Assembly: GCA_028818775.1 (NCBI GenBank)
Contig: JAPPNE010000052.1
Coordinates: forward strand, 66,697 to 130,696
Source: Deltaproteobacteria bacterium
GTDB lineage: Bacteria > Desulfobacterota > Binatia > UBA9968 > JAJDTQ01
DNA: 64,000 nt
Direction: 5' to 3'
Notes under the pieces: generated by a model
Seen by the model: only the letters and a program-made list of their open reading frames with translations
Told to the model about the DNA's origin: nothing
Database searches by the model: none
In this document: positions 30,739-39,157 of the stretch, in pieces
Layout of the letters: each line of letters opens with the position of its first letter
Position numbering within the stretch: the stretch's first letter is position 1
Program-made: the position numbers and the translations under genes

Positions 30739-30812
30739 CGTCATTCCCGCGGAAGCGGGAATCCAGGGGTGGGGGTGGGGGGCGCCGCAGGGGTGGAAAG
30801 GGGCCGCCCTCG
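30739..30812. repeat. Half-copy of the palindromic repeat family plus an adjacent G-tract (G-quadruplex-prone) spacer
   Basis: CGTCATTCCCGCGGAAGCGGGAATCC (30739-30764) is followed by AGGGGTGGGGGTGGGGGGCGCCGCAGGGGTGGAAAGGGG. This mirrors the terminus plus G-rich core of the element at 17817-17918. Confidence 0.7.
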
Positions 30813-31328
30813 TCACAACTTGGCAAGGCGTTCCCGGCGCACCCTCTCGGCCTTGGAGAGCCGCCGAGGGTTGCCTTTCTTGCGCCCGTCCCGCCCCCGC
30901 GGAAGCGGTTCCGAGTCGTCGGCGCCGTCCTCGGGATCGGGCATGTCCGGATGCACCCTCATCTTCGCCAGGAACTCGCCGACGTAGACGGCCACGGCGC
31001 CGCTGCTCTCCACGCCGCGGCGCAGGTCCCGGTCGGAGGTCACCACGATGCAGGTGTCGCCGATTTCCCGCGCCAGGCGCTCGATGACGGCGTCGGCCTT
31101 CTCGCCGTAGCGGGAGAACACCACCGTCACGTCGCCCACCTGCTGGCGCGTCTCGTCGTCCCGGCCGTTGCGCCAACCGTCGAACACGGTGGTCAGGGAG
31201 TGGCCGGTGCGCGCCTGGTACGCCGCGACCTCATTGACGAGCGCGTTGCGCTTGTGCTCCAGGTCGCCGCGAAGACCCTGTTCGCTGCCGATGACGTTGT
31301 AGCCGTCTACGACGATGTGAAACGGCAT
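30813..31328 (-). CDS. NYN-domain protein, YacP/Rae1-like (predicted RNA-binding ribonuclease)
   Basis: MPFHIVVDGYNVIGSEQG…VVFSRYGEKADAVIERLAREIGDTCIVVTSDRDLRR matches the YacP NYN pattern. A basic C-tail is present. Confidence 0.6.
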   Translation of the reverse strand: MPFHIVVDGYNVIGSEQGLRGDLEHKRNALVNEVAAYQARTGHSLTTVFDGWRNGRDDETRQQVGDVTVVFSRYGEKADAVIERLAREIGDTCIVVTSDRDLRRGVESSGAVAVYVGEFLAKMRVHPDMPDPEDGADDSEPLPRGRDGRKKGNPRRLSKAERVRRERLAKL

Positions 31329-31531
31329 GGTTAGGTTCTCCGTCAGAAAATTGAAGGTGGAACGTCAAGATATAACTGTTTCCACCCGTTGCCGCGAACG
31401 GGGTGGCGGCGCGGGGTTTCACTAGCGGGCGGGAAATGTTGTAAGCTGGCGGGTTCAAGTTGGTCCCGGATACGGGTTCACGGGGAGGGCCCCGAGGCCC
31501 GCCCGTCAACCGAGAAAGCGAGTCGCCCGTA

Positions 31532-32695
31532 ATGTTCAACAAGGCCAGACGCATCCAGGAGTTGCCACCGTACCTGTTCGCCGAGATCGACCGGAAGAAG
31601 CGCGCCGCCCAGGCCAAGGGGGTCGACCTGATCGACCTGGGCATCGGAGACCCCGACATCCCCACGCCCGGGAGGATCATCCAGAGGCTCACGGAAACCG
31701 CCACCGAGCCCGCCAACCACCGCTATCCCAGCAGTTCGGGCATGATGGAGTTCCGCCAGGCGGTGGCGGACTGGTACACGCGGCGGTTCGGCGTGACCCT
31801 GGACCCCGCCACCGAGGTGGTGTCGCTTATCGGCTCCAAGGAAGGCGTGGCCAACATGGCGGTGGCCTACGTCGACCCCGGCGACGTGGTGCTGGTGCCC
31901 ACGCCGGCCTATCCGGTGTATGCCATCGGCACGCGGTTCAACGGCGGCGACGTCCATTTTCTGCCCTTGACGCGCGAGAACGGCTTCCTGCCCGACCTGT
32001 CGAGCATCCCCGCCGACGTGCTCGAGCGGGCGAAGATGCTGTGGATCAACTACCCCAACAACCCCACCGGGGCGGTGTGCGATCTGAGCTTCTTCAAGGA
32101 AGCGGTGGAGTTCGCCCACCGGCACAAGATCCTCCTGTGCCACGACGCTGCGTACACCGAGCTCGGCTTCGACGATTACTGGGCTCCGAGCATCCTGCAG
32201 GTGGACGGCGCCAAGGAAGTCGCCATCGAGTTCCATTCGCTGTCCAAGACCTTCAACATGACCGGCTGGCGCATCGGCATGGCGGTGGGTTGCGCGGAGC
32301 TGGTGGGGACCCTGGCGCAGGTGAAGTCCAACGTGGACTCCGGCGTCTTCCAGCCCGTGCAGGAAGCCGCGATCCTCGCCCTGGAGCACGCCGAGGAGTT
32401 CTTGGGCCCCATCCGCGAGGTGTACCAGGAACGGCGCGATACCGTGGTCGACGGCCTCCACCGCGCCGGCTTCGAGCTGCCGGCGCCGCGGGCGACCTTC
32501 TACGTCTGGCTGCCCGTGCCCGGCGGATGGACCTCCACGGACTTCACGGCCCGGCTCCTCGACGAGGCCGGCATCGTCACCACCCCCGGCAACGGCTTCG
32601 GCGATCCCGGCGAGGGCTTCATCCGGATGACCCTGTGCTCCCCGGCCGAGCGGCTCAAGGAGGCCGTGGAGCGGCTCCGGCAGGTGAGCCTGTAG
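31532..32695 (+). CDS. Class I/II PLP-dependent aminotransferase, LL-diaminopimelate aminotransferase-like
   Basis: MFNKARRIQELPPYLFAEIDRKK…DLGIGDPDIPTP…SLSKTFNMTGWRIG carries the aminotransferase PLP lysine motif (SKTFNMTGWR). The N-terminus resembles DapL-type enzymes. Confidence 0.55.
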   Translation: MFNKARRIQELPPYLFAEIDRKKRAAQAKGVDLIDLGIGDPDIPTPGRIIQRLTETATEPANHRYPSSSGMMEFRQAVADWYTRRFGVTLDPATEVVSLIGSKEGVANMAVAYVDPGDVVLVPTPAYPVYAIGTRFNGGDVHFLPLTRENGFLPDLSSIPADVLERAKMLWINYPNNPTGAVCDLSFFKEAVEFAHRHKILLCHDAAYTELGFDDYWAPSILQVDGAKEVAIEFHSLSKTFNMTGWRIGMAVGCAELVGTLAQVKSNVDSGVFQPVQEAAILALEHAEEFLGPIREVYQERRDTVVDGLHRAGFELPAPRATFYVWLPVPGGWTSTDFTARLLDEAGIVTTPGNGFGDPGEGFIRMTLCSPAERLKEAVERLRQVSL

Positions 32696-32702
32696 CGGTC
32701 CC

Positions 32703-33209
32703 GTGCGGCATCGCGCCTACATCGGGGTGGGCTCGAACCAGGGAGACAAGGAGGCGAACTGCCGCCGCGCCGTCAGGGAGATCGGTGGAATGCCGCAAAC
32801 CCGGCTGCGGCAGGTGTCGAGCTGGTTCGCCACCGAGCCGTGGGGCGCCGCCAGCTCGGAATGGTACGTCAACGGAGCCGTGGCCGTCGACACGGGCCTG
32901 GAACCGCAGACGCTCCTGCGGCACTGCCAGGCCCTCGAAGCGAGGATGGGCCGCCGGCCCAGCCCGGTGCGCTGGGCGGACCGGGTCATTGATCTGGACA
33001 TCCTTTTCTTCGATGATATGGTTTTGGAAGAACCCGGGTTGACCATCCCGCACCCGGAACTTCACCGTCGCCGGTTCGTGCTGGTTCCGCTGTGCGAGAT
33101 CGCGCCGGATCTCAGGCACCCGCGCCTGGACGGCGATGTCCGGGGACTGCTGGCGCGGGTGGACGACGACAAACGGATCCGGGAAGGAACCTCTCCCGGA
33201 GGCGCATGA
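32703..33209 (+). CDS. folK: 2-amino-4-hydroxy-6-hydroxymethyldihydropteridine pyrophosphokinase
   Basis: AYIGVGSNQGD…WFATEPWG…IDLDILFFDD…IPHPELHRRRFVLVPL is canonical HPPK. GTG start. Confidence 0.8.
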   Translation: MRHRAYIGVGSNQGDKEANCRRAVREIGGMPQTRLRQVSSWFATEPWGAASSEWYVNGAVAVDTGLEPQTLLRHCQALEARMGRRPSPVRWADRVIDLDILFFDDMVLEEPGLTIPHPELHRRRFVLVPLCEIAPDLRHPRLDGDVRGLLARVDDDKRIREGTSPGGA

Positions 33210-33238
33210 GCCACGACGATCATTGACGGTACGCCGCC

Positions 33239-33472
33239 ATGTTCCTCAAGTTTCTGATACTGGGCTTGCTGGTCTACCTGTTCCTGGTGCTGCTCTACTC
33301 GAGCATCAAGAAGAAAGGCAAAGGCAGCGCCTCCGACCCCTCCCAGGGCGAGTCCATGGTCCTGGACCCCCACTGCAAGAGCTACGTCCCCAAGAACGAA
33401 GCCTACCGCTCCGGCGGCCACTACTTCTGCAGCGAAGAGTGCGCCCGCGCCTACGCGGCCCAGCAGGTCTGA
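33239..33472 (+). CDS. Small membrane-anchored protein with a C-terminal TRASH/YHS-like Cys motif
   Basis: The N-terminal TM is FLKFLILGLLVYLFLVLLY. The C-terminus reads C-x18-C-x3-C (HCKSYVPKNEAYRSGGHYFCSEEC). Length is 77 aa. Confidence 0.45.
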   Translation: MFLKFLILGLLVYLFLVLLYSSIKKKGKGSASDPSQGESMVLDPHCKSYVPKNEAYRSGGHYFCSEECARAYAAQQV

Positions 33473-33642
33473 GTTCAGGCGGCGGCCCGACCCGCCTCGA
33501 CATCTCACTGTTGGCGTTCCGTCGGCTTGAAGCGCCGCCCGAACGTGCGCGCCTGCGCGGTCTGTCATGGCCTACATTCTTTACAAACTGGACATTGTGT
33601 CGTATCCTTGTCCTTGGCTACGAAACAGGGTGTGAGGGTGAC

Positions 33643-34203
33643 ATGGCCGAGTCTACCGGATCGATGAAGCAGGCGATGGGATTGCTCGCCGAGGGTTTCC
33701 CGGGGTTGTCGAGCAGTGCCAGGCATTTTGTTCGCGACCACCCGCGTGAGGCGCATCTCGCGGTCGCAGTCGCCCTGGAAACGGCCGCCGCGCAATGCGA
33801 GGCCGAAGAACGAAGCGCTGTCGTTGACATACCGGAAAGGCTGCGCCCGTTCGTCGTTCGTCGTGGTGACGAGGACATCCTGAGCGTTTCCGAGGCGGCG
33901 GCGCGGCTTAAGGTCTCCCGGACCACTATCTATGACTGGGTGGAAAGGAGAACTCTTCTTGCCTGGAGGTCGACGAAGCGAGGACTGAACATCCCCGCGG
34001 CACAGATTCTCGGCCCCGGACGGGTGGTCGCCGGCTTGGCGGATGTCGCCGCTGCTGTGGGAGACCCCGAACTGGCGTGGGCGTTTCTCACCCAGGAGTG
34101 GCCGTTTGAAGACACCGCTGCGCTACCTCTTGAGTTGCTGAGAACCGGCCGTATCGAAGATGTCCTCGACGCGGCACCGGGCTTCGGTTCGACTTTCACG
34201 TGA
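33643..34203 (+). CDS. HTH_17 (excisionase/MerR-like) DNA-binding domain protein
   Basis: From ATG 33643 (186 aa): LSVSEAAARLKVSRTTIYDWVERRTLLAWR is an HTH_17-type helix-turn-helix. It lies at the edge of the lower-GC island. Confidence 0.5.
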   Translation: MAESTGSMKQAMGLLAEGFPGLSSSARHFVRDHPREAHLAVAVALETAAAQCEAEERSAVVDIPERLRPFVVRRGDEDILSVSEAAARLKVSRTTIYDWVERRTLLAWRSTKRGLNIPAAQILGPGRVVAGLADVAAAVGDPELAWAFLTQEWPFEDTAALPLELLRTGRIEDVLDAAPGFGSTFT

Positions 34204-34287
34204 GCGTGCCCACCTATCCTCGGCGCAGGATTCGACCGTTCTCTTGAAAGCCGCTGTCCAACTACCACCACGCACCAAACCCTTCCC

Positions 34288-35001
34288 TTATGACAGCCAA
34301 ACATGCCACACAGAGATCGGTCCCGGCTTATGTGTGGGTGGCGACTGCATGCTGTAAACAAAACGCCTGCCATGTCGTGAACACGCCAGATCGGAAGAAC
34401 CAAGTCCCACAACGACCGGGAACTCTTCTACTAGATAACTCGAAGGATCTTGCGTTGCAGCCCTCGACAAAAACGGTGTCAGGTTGGCGCTGATCGACGA
34501 TCCATCACGAACGTAGCCGATCATAAATGCTTCGCGGCTGCCCCACGCATAGTCACCGTCCACAAAGCGACGAAGGCCATGTTCACAGTACAAGGCTTCC
34601 GTCTTTGAGGTGGCAGCATCCAGTATCTTGGCTTCCGTGACGAGTGGAAACCGTCGTGTCCTGTCGGACAGATAAATAGATAGGTCGGGACGTTTCTCAA
34701 GATGTAGACCATTGAAACTTAGACTCTCCTTCCCTCGTGCGACGCAAAGGACAAGGTTACCCCAGAAGGGGTCCTGTTCGATCAGCCGATTGAGGCGCGC
34801 CTCCATCAAGGCAGTTACCTCCGGCTCGTTACCCGAGGCCACTGTAGCCGGCTTCTGTGTCCGGATATCATTGAAAGCCCGAAGCAACCCCTCCGCAATG
34901 ATTTCGAGGTGCACCTTCGCGATCTCCGGCAGTGGAAGCCGAAGGCCGCGAGTCAATTCGGCGATTTGATCCGGTCGCGGGCGAATTGCTGAGCCCTTCA
35001 T
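34288..35001 (-). CDS. Putative PD-(D/E)xK-fold restriction endonuclease, translationally coupled to the upstream methyltransferase
   Basis: From ATG 35001 (237 aa), ATGA-overlapping the methyltransferase stop. KRPDLSIYLSDRTRRFPLVTEAKIL has PD…x14…EAK spacing typical of PD-(D/E)xK motifs II/III, with acidic residues upstream (GKESLSF). Confidence 0.45.
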   Translation of the reverse strand: MKGSAIRPRPDQIAELTRGLRLPLPEIAKVHLEIIAEGLLRAFNDIRTQKPATVASGNEPEVTALMEARLNRLIEQDPFWGNLVLCVARGKESLSFNGLHLEKRPDLSIYLSDRTRRFPLVTEAKILDAATSKTEALYCEHGLRRFVDGDYAWGSREAFMIGYVRDGSSISANLTPFLSRAATQDPSSYLVEEFPVVVGLGSSDLACSRHGRRFVYSMQSPPTHKPGPISVWHVWLS

Positions 35002-38000
35002 TTGGTAGCAGGCCCTTTCAGCAGATCGACGTGTGACCAGATAATGCGCTGGGCAAGCAACCGGGCCTGCGTCTCGCTCCAATAACGGCGTTGAGCGAGC
35101 CGCCCGATCAGAAGTCCATCGGTTCCGTCGCGAACGAGGACCTCAGACGCCGCCGCTTCGTCAGCTGCTCTAATCAACCCTTCCCAATCGCTTGCTTTTG
35201 CTGCTTCCCCTTCCCCGCGAAACGTTGTCCGTACATCGATGCCTTGCCACGGCGATATCTCCGGAGAAGGAATCTGGCGCACGGTCAGCGTCAAGCCGAA
35301 CCGTTCGCACCAGGGTGTCAATTCTCTTGTGAGAATCTCGCAAAACCGCTTTTTTTCGTCCGGAGAGGGGACAGCCTGGGCGTTCCGTTGGTTTGTGGCA
35401 AAAGGCAGATTGAATTCCAGTGTATCGGCAATGACCTGCATGTCGCGCGGACCAAGGCCATACAAGCGCATCACCCATTCATCCACGTCGTGCCAGGATA
35501 CTGCCCCCGAATTCAGGCCGTCGGTCAAATTCGCGATCTCAACAAGCTGGTATGGTTGGAGTTTGTGAAAATTCGGCAAGGGAATACGATCCAGCGTTGC
35601 CTTCTCTATCACTTCTCGCTCGAAACCGAACTCGCCGCTCGTGACAAGTGCCAGCCAAGTGACCAGTTTGCTTCCCAGAACGAGTGCGAGATAGCGAACT
35701 AGCATGCTGGCATCAGGATGCTGGCACGGACTGTATCCGTAGAACGTCTCGTTGAAAACGATACCCTCTTCAGAGATCGCCACACCAATGCGCCCTGTCG
35801 TTGCAGGTGGGGATTTGTGTACGACGACTAGTGGTCCAGCGAACAAATCTGGTGATCGGGGATCGTGAATGCGATCAAGCGAAAAAGCATTGAGAATTTC
35901 GCTATCGACGAAGATGCTCGCGAGGGATGCGACCGTAATTTCCGGCCGCTCCCAAAGGTAGCTCGCATCGACACCGGGCCGACCGTCGCCTCCCTGCCGC
36001 ACCCGACTGCTCGGTCTAAGCGCTTGGTACCCGTTGCCGCTACCTCGCAACTGGCCTCCCTCCGTGACACCGATCGTCTCGCGCCAGAACGCGCCCAGTG
36101 TTGGGAATCCCGACGCGCGAATCCGTTCGACGATCGCGAAATCGGCTTTCGTTCCGCGGAACAGTATTTTCAAGATATCGGGTGTCTCGATAAGCTGGCG
36201 GGAAGGAACGACTTCGGCATTCAGCGCATCGATGCGCATGCTGCCAGCGCCATTCAGGGAACCTTCTATCCGGGGAGTGACAAAACGAAAACCGCCCCCA
36301 GTACCTGGTGTTCGGTTGGCAGCGAGCAGGATACAAAAAGGAGCCGAAACTTGAGGCCAGACCTTCGTTTGCCTCAGTTCCACTCCATTGATGATCGATG
36401 TGACGTCAAGCGCTTCAAAGAGAGCTTGGCGCGCTTCCGGCATCCCGTCACCCTGTTGGAAGAGCAAACGGGCATGGAGTGCGAAGGCGATCTGTCCGTT
36501 TGGCTTCGCCCATTCCATTGCGCGCCACACAAACGGCAGATCGAGCCCTTCGTTCGGCAAGGGTGGCGATGCGTTTGTGACCTTCCTGTCCGCCGCGATG
36601 CGAGCCACCGTTTGACGTACAAGGTCCCAATCCGGCAACTTCGTGCCGCTTGCCCAAGGCGGATTGCCTATGACGAGGTCATACTGTCCGACATGCTCGG
36701 CTCCGACGAAAGGCCCTAGGCTTCCGAGTCCCGCACTTTCCTCTTCGGCCGTTACCCTGTGCAGCACGGTTCCGCGTAGATTGTCGAACCGTAACTTGTC
36801 GACCGGTCTGGGATTGGGATCCAGCTCGATTGACGCGAGATACAGGCCTAGTGCCGCAAACCGGAGTGCGGCTTCGTTGGTGTCAAGACCCACGATCTGG
36901 TTAGAGAGGATTCGCCTGAGCGCATTGGTGTCGGGCCGCTGTTTGTCGGCTCTCCAATGCTCCGCGATCAATTCGCGAAACGCTGTCAGCAAGAAAATGC
37001 CGCCACCTGCCGCTGGATCGAGAATCTTAGCGGTTTTGCCTACTCCTTCTCTACCCAGCGCGCGGAAGGACGCCCGGACCATCAGATCCGCGATCAGTCT
37101 GGGTGTATAATAACCTCCTTCGCGCCTTTGCCGACGTGGCGCGTGGTTTCTCAAATAGAGTTCATATGCCTGACTCAGAACCCCGACCGGAATATGTGCG
37201 AAGTCAAGGTTGTCCCACTTCTGCTCCCAGCCAAGAAACAACTGGCTATCCGGTGCCCGCCGAAGCACGTCTCCCAACGCACGATAGGCGCCATCAGGTA
37301 AGGTCGTGAAGATATTTTCCGAGAGAGGTAGCAGGTCACCGTTGAACGTCTCATCAAGCCAATTCGATGTGACTTCGGCCAACTCGCGGGTGTCGAAGAG
37401 ACTAGCGGCACTGGAAAAGCCGTCCGGCAGCAGGTTCCGATCCGCAAGGAACCTCGTAAAGAGTGCGCGGCCAACGAGCGAGACCGCGTCTCCGTCCGAG
37501 ACTGCATATCGCTCGATCATCTCGGTTGTGGAACCGGTGAGCAAGTTGAGGACAACGCCGGAAATCCAATCGCGTTGCCTGCTGGCCGATTGCGGACGAA
37601 TGTTGCCGAGTCGGGCCAACGCCACGGACCTCGCACTGTCCCCCAACTGCCAAGCCACACGGGCTTGCCGTAGTGACTTCTTGTCCAGAGCAATGCGGTA
37701 GACACTAAGGTGTCCGGGGGCGACTACACCAAGATAGGGAGCGTCTCCGCGCATGGCGAGTAGACGCCGTACGCGATGGAGTTGCTCGTCGTCTTCCAGG
37801 GAATCCGAGTCGACCAAGAAAATCAGGGGCGTGCCCTGCCATTCGTAGACGGCCTCCACCACACCCAGCGGGGTGTTTCCACTACGGCGGGCCGTCAGCA
37901 GTGTGGCGTAAGGAAGGAGTTCCGGACCGTCTCCATCGAGCAGACGCAAAGATGTTGGATCAGCGCCAAAGTCGATGAGCGAAGAAGCTACGTCGGCCAT

Positions 38001-38009
38001 CGGTCTCAC
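34998..38009 (-). CDS. Eco57I-family (gamma-class) N6-adenine DNA methyltransferase, 1003 aa, with large N- and C-terminal extra domains (Type IIG/IIS-like or PglX-like)
   Basis: In order: motif X-like GYYTPRLIADLMV, motif I DPAAGGGIFLLTAF, motif IV VIGNPPW. This is flanked by a ~280-aa N-region and a ~550-aa C-region (probable target recognition). GC is ~55-58% against ~69% in the flanks. Confidence 0.75.
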   Translation of the reverse strand: MRPMADVASSLIDFGADPTSLRLLDGDGPELLPYATLLTARRSGNTPLGVVEAVYEWQGTPLIFLVDSDSLEDDEQLHRVRRLLAMRGDAPYLGVVAPGHLSVYRIALDKKSLRQARVAWQLGDSARSVALARLGNIRPQSASRQRDWISGVVLNLLTGSTTEMIERYAVSDGDAVSLVGRALFTRFLADRNLLPDGFSSAASLFDTRELAEVTSNWLDETFNGDLLPLSENIFTTLPDGAYRALGDVLRRAPDSQLFLGWEQKWDNLDFAHIPVGVLSQAYELYLRNHAPRRQRREGGYYTPRLIADLMVRASFRALGREGVGKTAKILDPAAGGGIFLLTAFRELIAEHWRADKQRPDTNALRRILSNQIVGLDTNEAALRFAALGLYLASIELDPNPRPVDKLRFDNLRGTVLHRVTAEEESAGLGSLGPFVGAEHVGQYDLVIGNPPWASGTKLPDWDLVRQTVARIAADRKVTNASPPLPNEGLDLPFVWRAMEWAKPNGQIAFALHARLLFQQGDGMPEARQALFEALDVTSIINGVELRQTKVWPQVSAPFCILLAANRTPGTGGGFRFVTPRIEGSLNGAGSMRIDALNAEVVPSRQLIETPDILKILFRGTKADFAIVERIRASGFPTLGAFWRETIGVTEGGQLRGSGNGYQALRPSSRVRQGGDGRPGVDASYLWERPEITVASLASIFVDSEILNAFSLDRIHDPRSPDLFAGPLVVVHKSPPATTGRIGVAISEEGIVFNETFYGYSPCQHPDASMLVRYLALVLGSKLVTWLALVTSGEFGFEREVIEKATLDRIPLPNFHKLQPYQLVEIANLTDGLNSGAVSWHDVDEWVMRLYGLGPRDMQVIADTLEFNLPFATNQRNAQAVPSPDEKKRFCEILTRELTPWCERFGLTLTVRQIPSPEISPWQGIDVRTTFRGEGEAAKASDWEGLIRAADEAAASEVLVRDGTDGLLIGRLAQRRYWSETQARLLAQRIIWSHVDLLKGPATK

Positions 38010-38087
38010 CTGCGCGCCGGTCGCAACTGCAACTCGGAGTGATCGGCCGACAAACGCGGCGCCGACTTAGCTCCTTTCGACACCGCA

Positions 38088-38378
38088 TCACCCATCTAGC
38101 GCCAGATTGCTTTGACGGTCGCCCCCGAAATGACCTTGGCGGGCGCCGCCTCGTGGCTTCTTTGGAATGAGTTCCACTTTCGACAGGATCCGTCGATAGT
38201 CTCCACCCATCTCGCTGACCCCGACAATAAGGACTGTGATGAGAGCGAGATGAGTAGGAATTTCGCCTGAGCGCGCATAGTTGGAGATTGAGTTCGGGTT
38301 CATACCCAAGAGTCCAGCGAATGCACGGACGCTCAACCCAGCCTTCCCAAGTTCTACTAGGAACTCCCTATAAGACAT
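38088..38378 (-). CDS. XRE-family HTH protein, controller (C-protein)-like regulator of the R-M module
   Basis: From ATG 38378: MSYREFLVELGKAGLSVRAFAGLLGMNPNSISNYARSGEIP is an XRE-type HTH. It sits immediately upstream of, and co-oriented with, the methyltransferase. The C-terminal stretch is hydrophobic (HLALITVLIVGV). Confidence 0.55.
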   Translation of the reverse strand: MSYREFLVELGKAGLSVRAFAGLLGMNPNSISNYARSGEIPTHLALITVLIVGVSEMGGDYRRILSKVELIPKKPRGGARQGHFGGDRQSNLALDG

Positions 38379-38400
38379 CTCGGTGCTCGTACACACAAAT

Positions 38401-38433
38401 TAATGTGGAAGACCACATACTTTAATGTAACCA
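38401..38433 (-). promoter_or_regulatory. Palindromic putative C-box/operator upstream of the HTH gene
   Basis: TAATGTGG-AAGA-CCACAT (6-bp arms) is followed by a direct repeat TTTAATGT, ~25 nt upstream of the HTH start. Confidence 0.35.
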
Positions 38434-38587
38434 AGGTTATGTTACAGCAGCCCGCTTCTCTTCGCAAGAGCTTTCAACATCAGCGAATTCTCCGGGATTC
38501 CGGCTAAAACTGTGTGCGACATCGTCGCTGCGTCGTCCAGGCGAATCCCATTCCAAGTAGGGTGGTAGGGCGTATGGCTCGAACATC

Positions 38588-39157
38588 TCACGCGTAGCAC
38601 TCCAGAAAATCCTTCAGCAGCGTCTTCCCGCCCTCCGCCAGGATCGACTCCGGGTGGAACTGGACGCCCTCCACCGGGTGGCGCTGGTGGCGGACGCCCA
38701 TGATGACGCCGTCGGCGGTGCGGGCGCTGACGCTGAGTTCATCGGGGAGGCTCTCCGGGTCGAGCACGAGGGAGTGGTAGCGCATGGCGGAAAAGGGGTT
38801 GGCCTGGGAGCGGTAGATGGTGCGGGCGTCGTGGGTGACGTCCGACATCTTGCCGTGCATGATCTCGGCGGCGCGCACCACGCGGGCGCCGTAGGCGGCG
38901 CCGATGCATTGATGGCCCAGGCACACGCCCAGGATGGGGATGCGGGAGCCGCAGCGTTGGATGACCTCGCACGAGACACCGGCTTCGTTGGGCGTGCACG
39001 GGCCGGGCGACACGACGATGGCGTTCGGGCGCATCTCGTCCACCGCGTCGGCGCTGATCTTGTCGTTGAGGGCCACGCGCACATCGGCGCCCAGCTCGGC
39101 CAGGTAGTGGTAGAGGTTGTAGGTGAAGGAGTCGTAGTTGTCGATGAGCAGGATCAT
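38588..39157 (-). CDS. trpG: Anthranilate synthase component II (glutamine amidotransferase)
   Basis: From ATG 39157: MILLIDNYDSFTYNLYHYL…GVCLGHQ(C)IG…HPES carries the class-I GATase triad. ATGA overlaps the trpE stop. Confidence 0.85.
   Translation of the reverse strand: MILLIDNYDSFTYNLYHYLAELGADVRVALNDKISADAVDEMRPNAIVVSPGPCTPNEAGVSCEVIQRCGSRIPILGVCLGHQCIGAAYGARVVRAAEIMHGKMSDVTHDARTIYRSQANPFSAMRYHSLVLDPESLPDELSVSARTADGVIMGVRHQRHPVEGVQFHPESILAEGGKTLLKDFLECYA

Noticed and set aside
35091-35702. A 203-aa plus ORF inside the methyltransferase gene
   Set aside because: It is antisense to the 1003-aa methyltransferase, which has clear motifs, and no family resemblance was seen.
34998-38009. A BREX (PglX) assignment for the 1003-aa methyltransferase
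   Set aside because: No brxA/brxB/brxC, pglZ or brxL genes are present in the island. The ATGA-coupled small PD-(D/E)xK protein and C-protein-like HTH fit an R-M module better. A PglX-like fold is still possible.
33480-38590. Flanking direct repeats (att sites) for island 1
   Set aside because: Comparison of the two boundary regions by eye showed no shared 10-bp-or-longer repeat. This needs a computational check.
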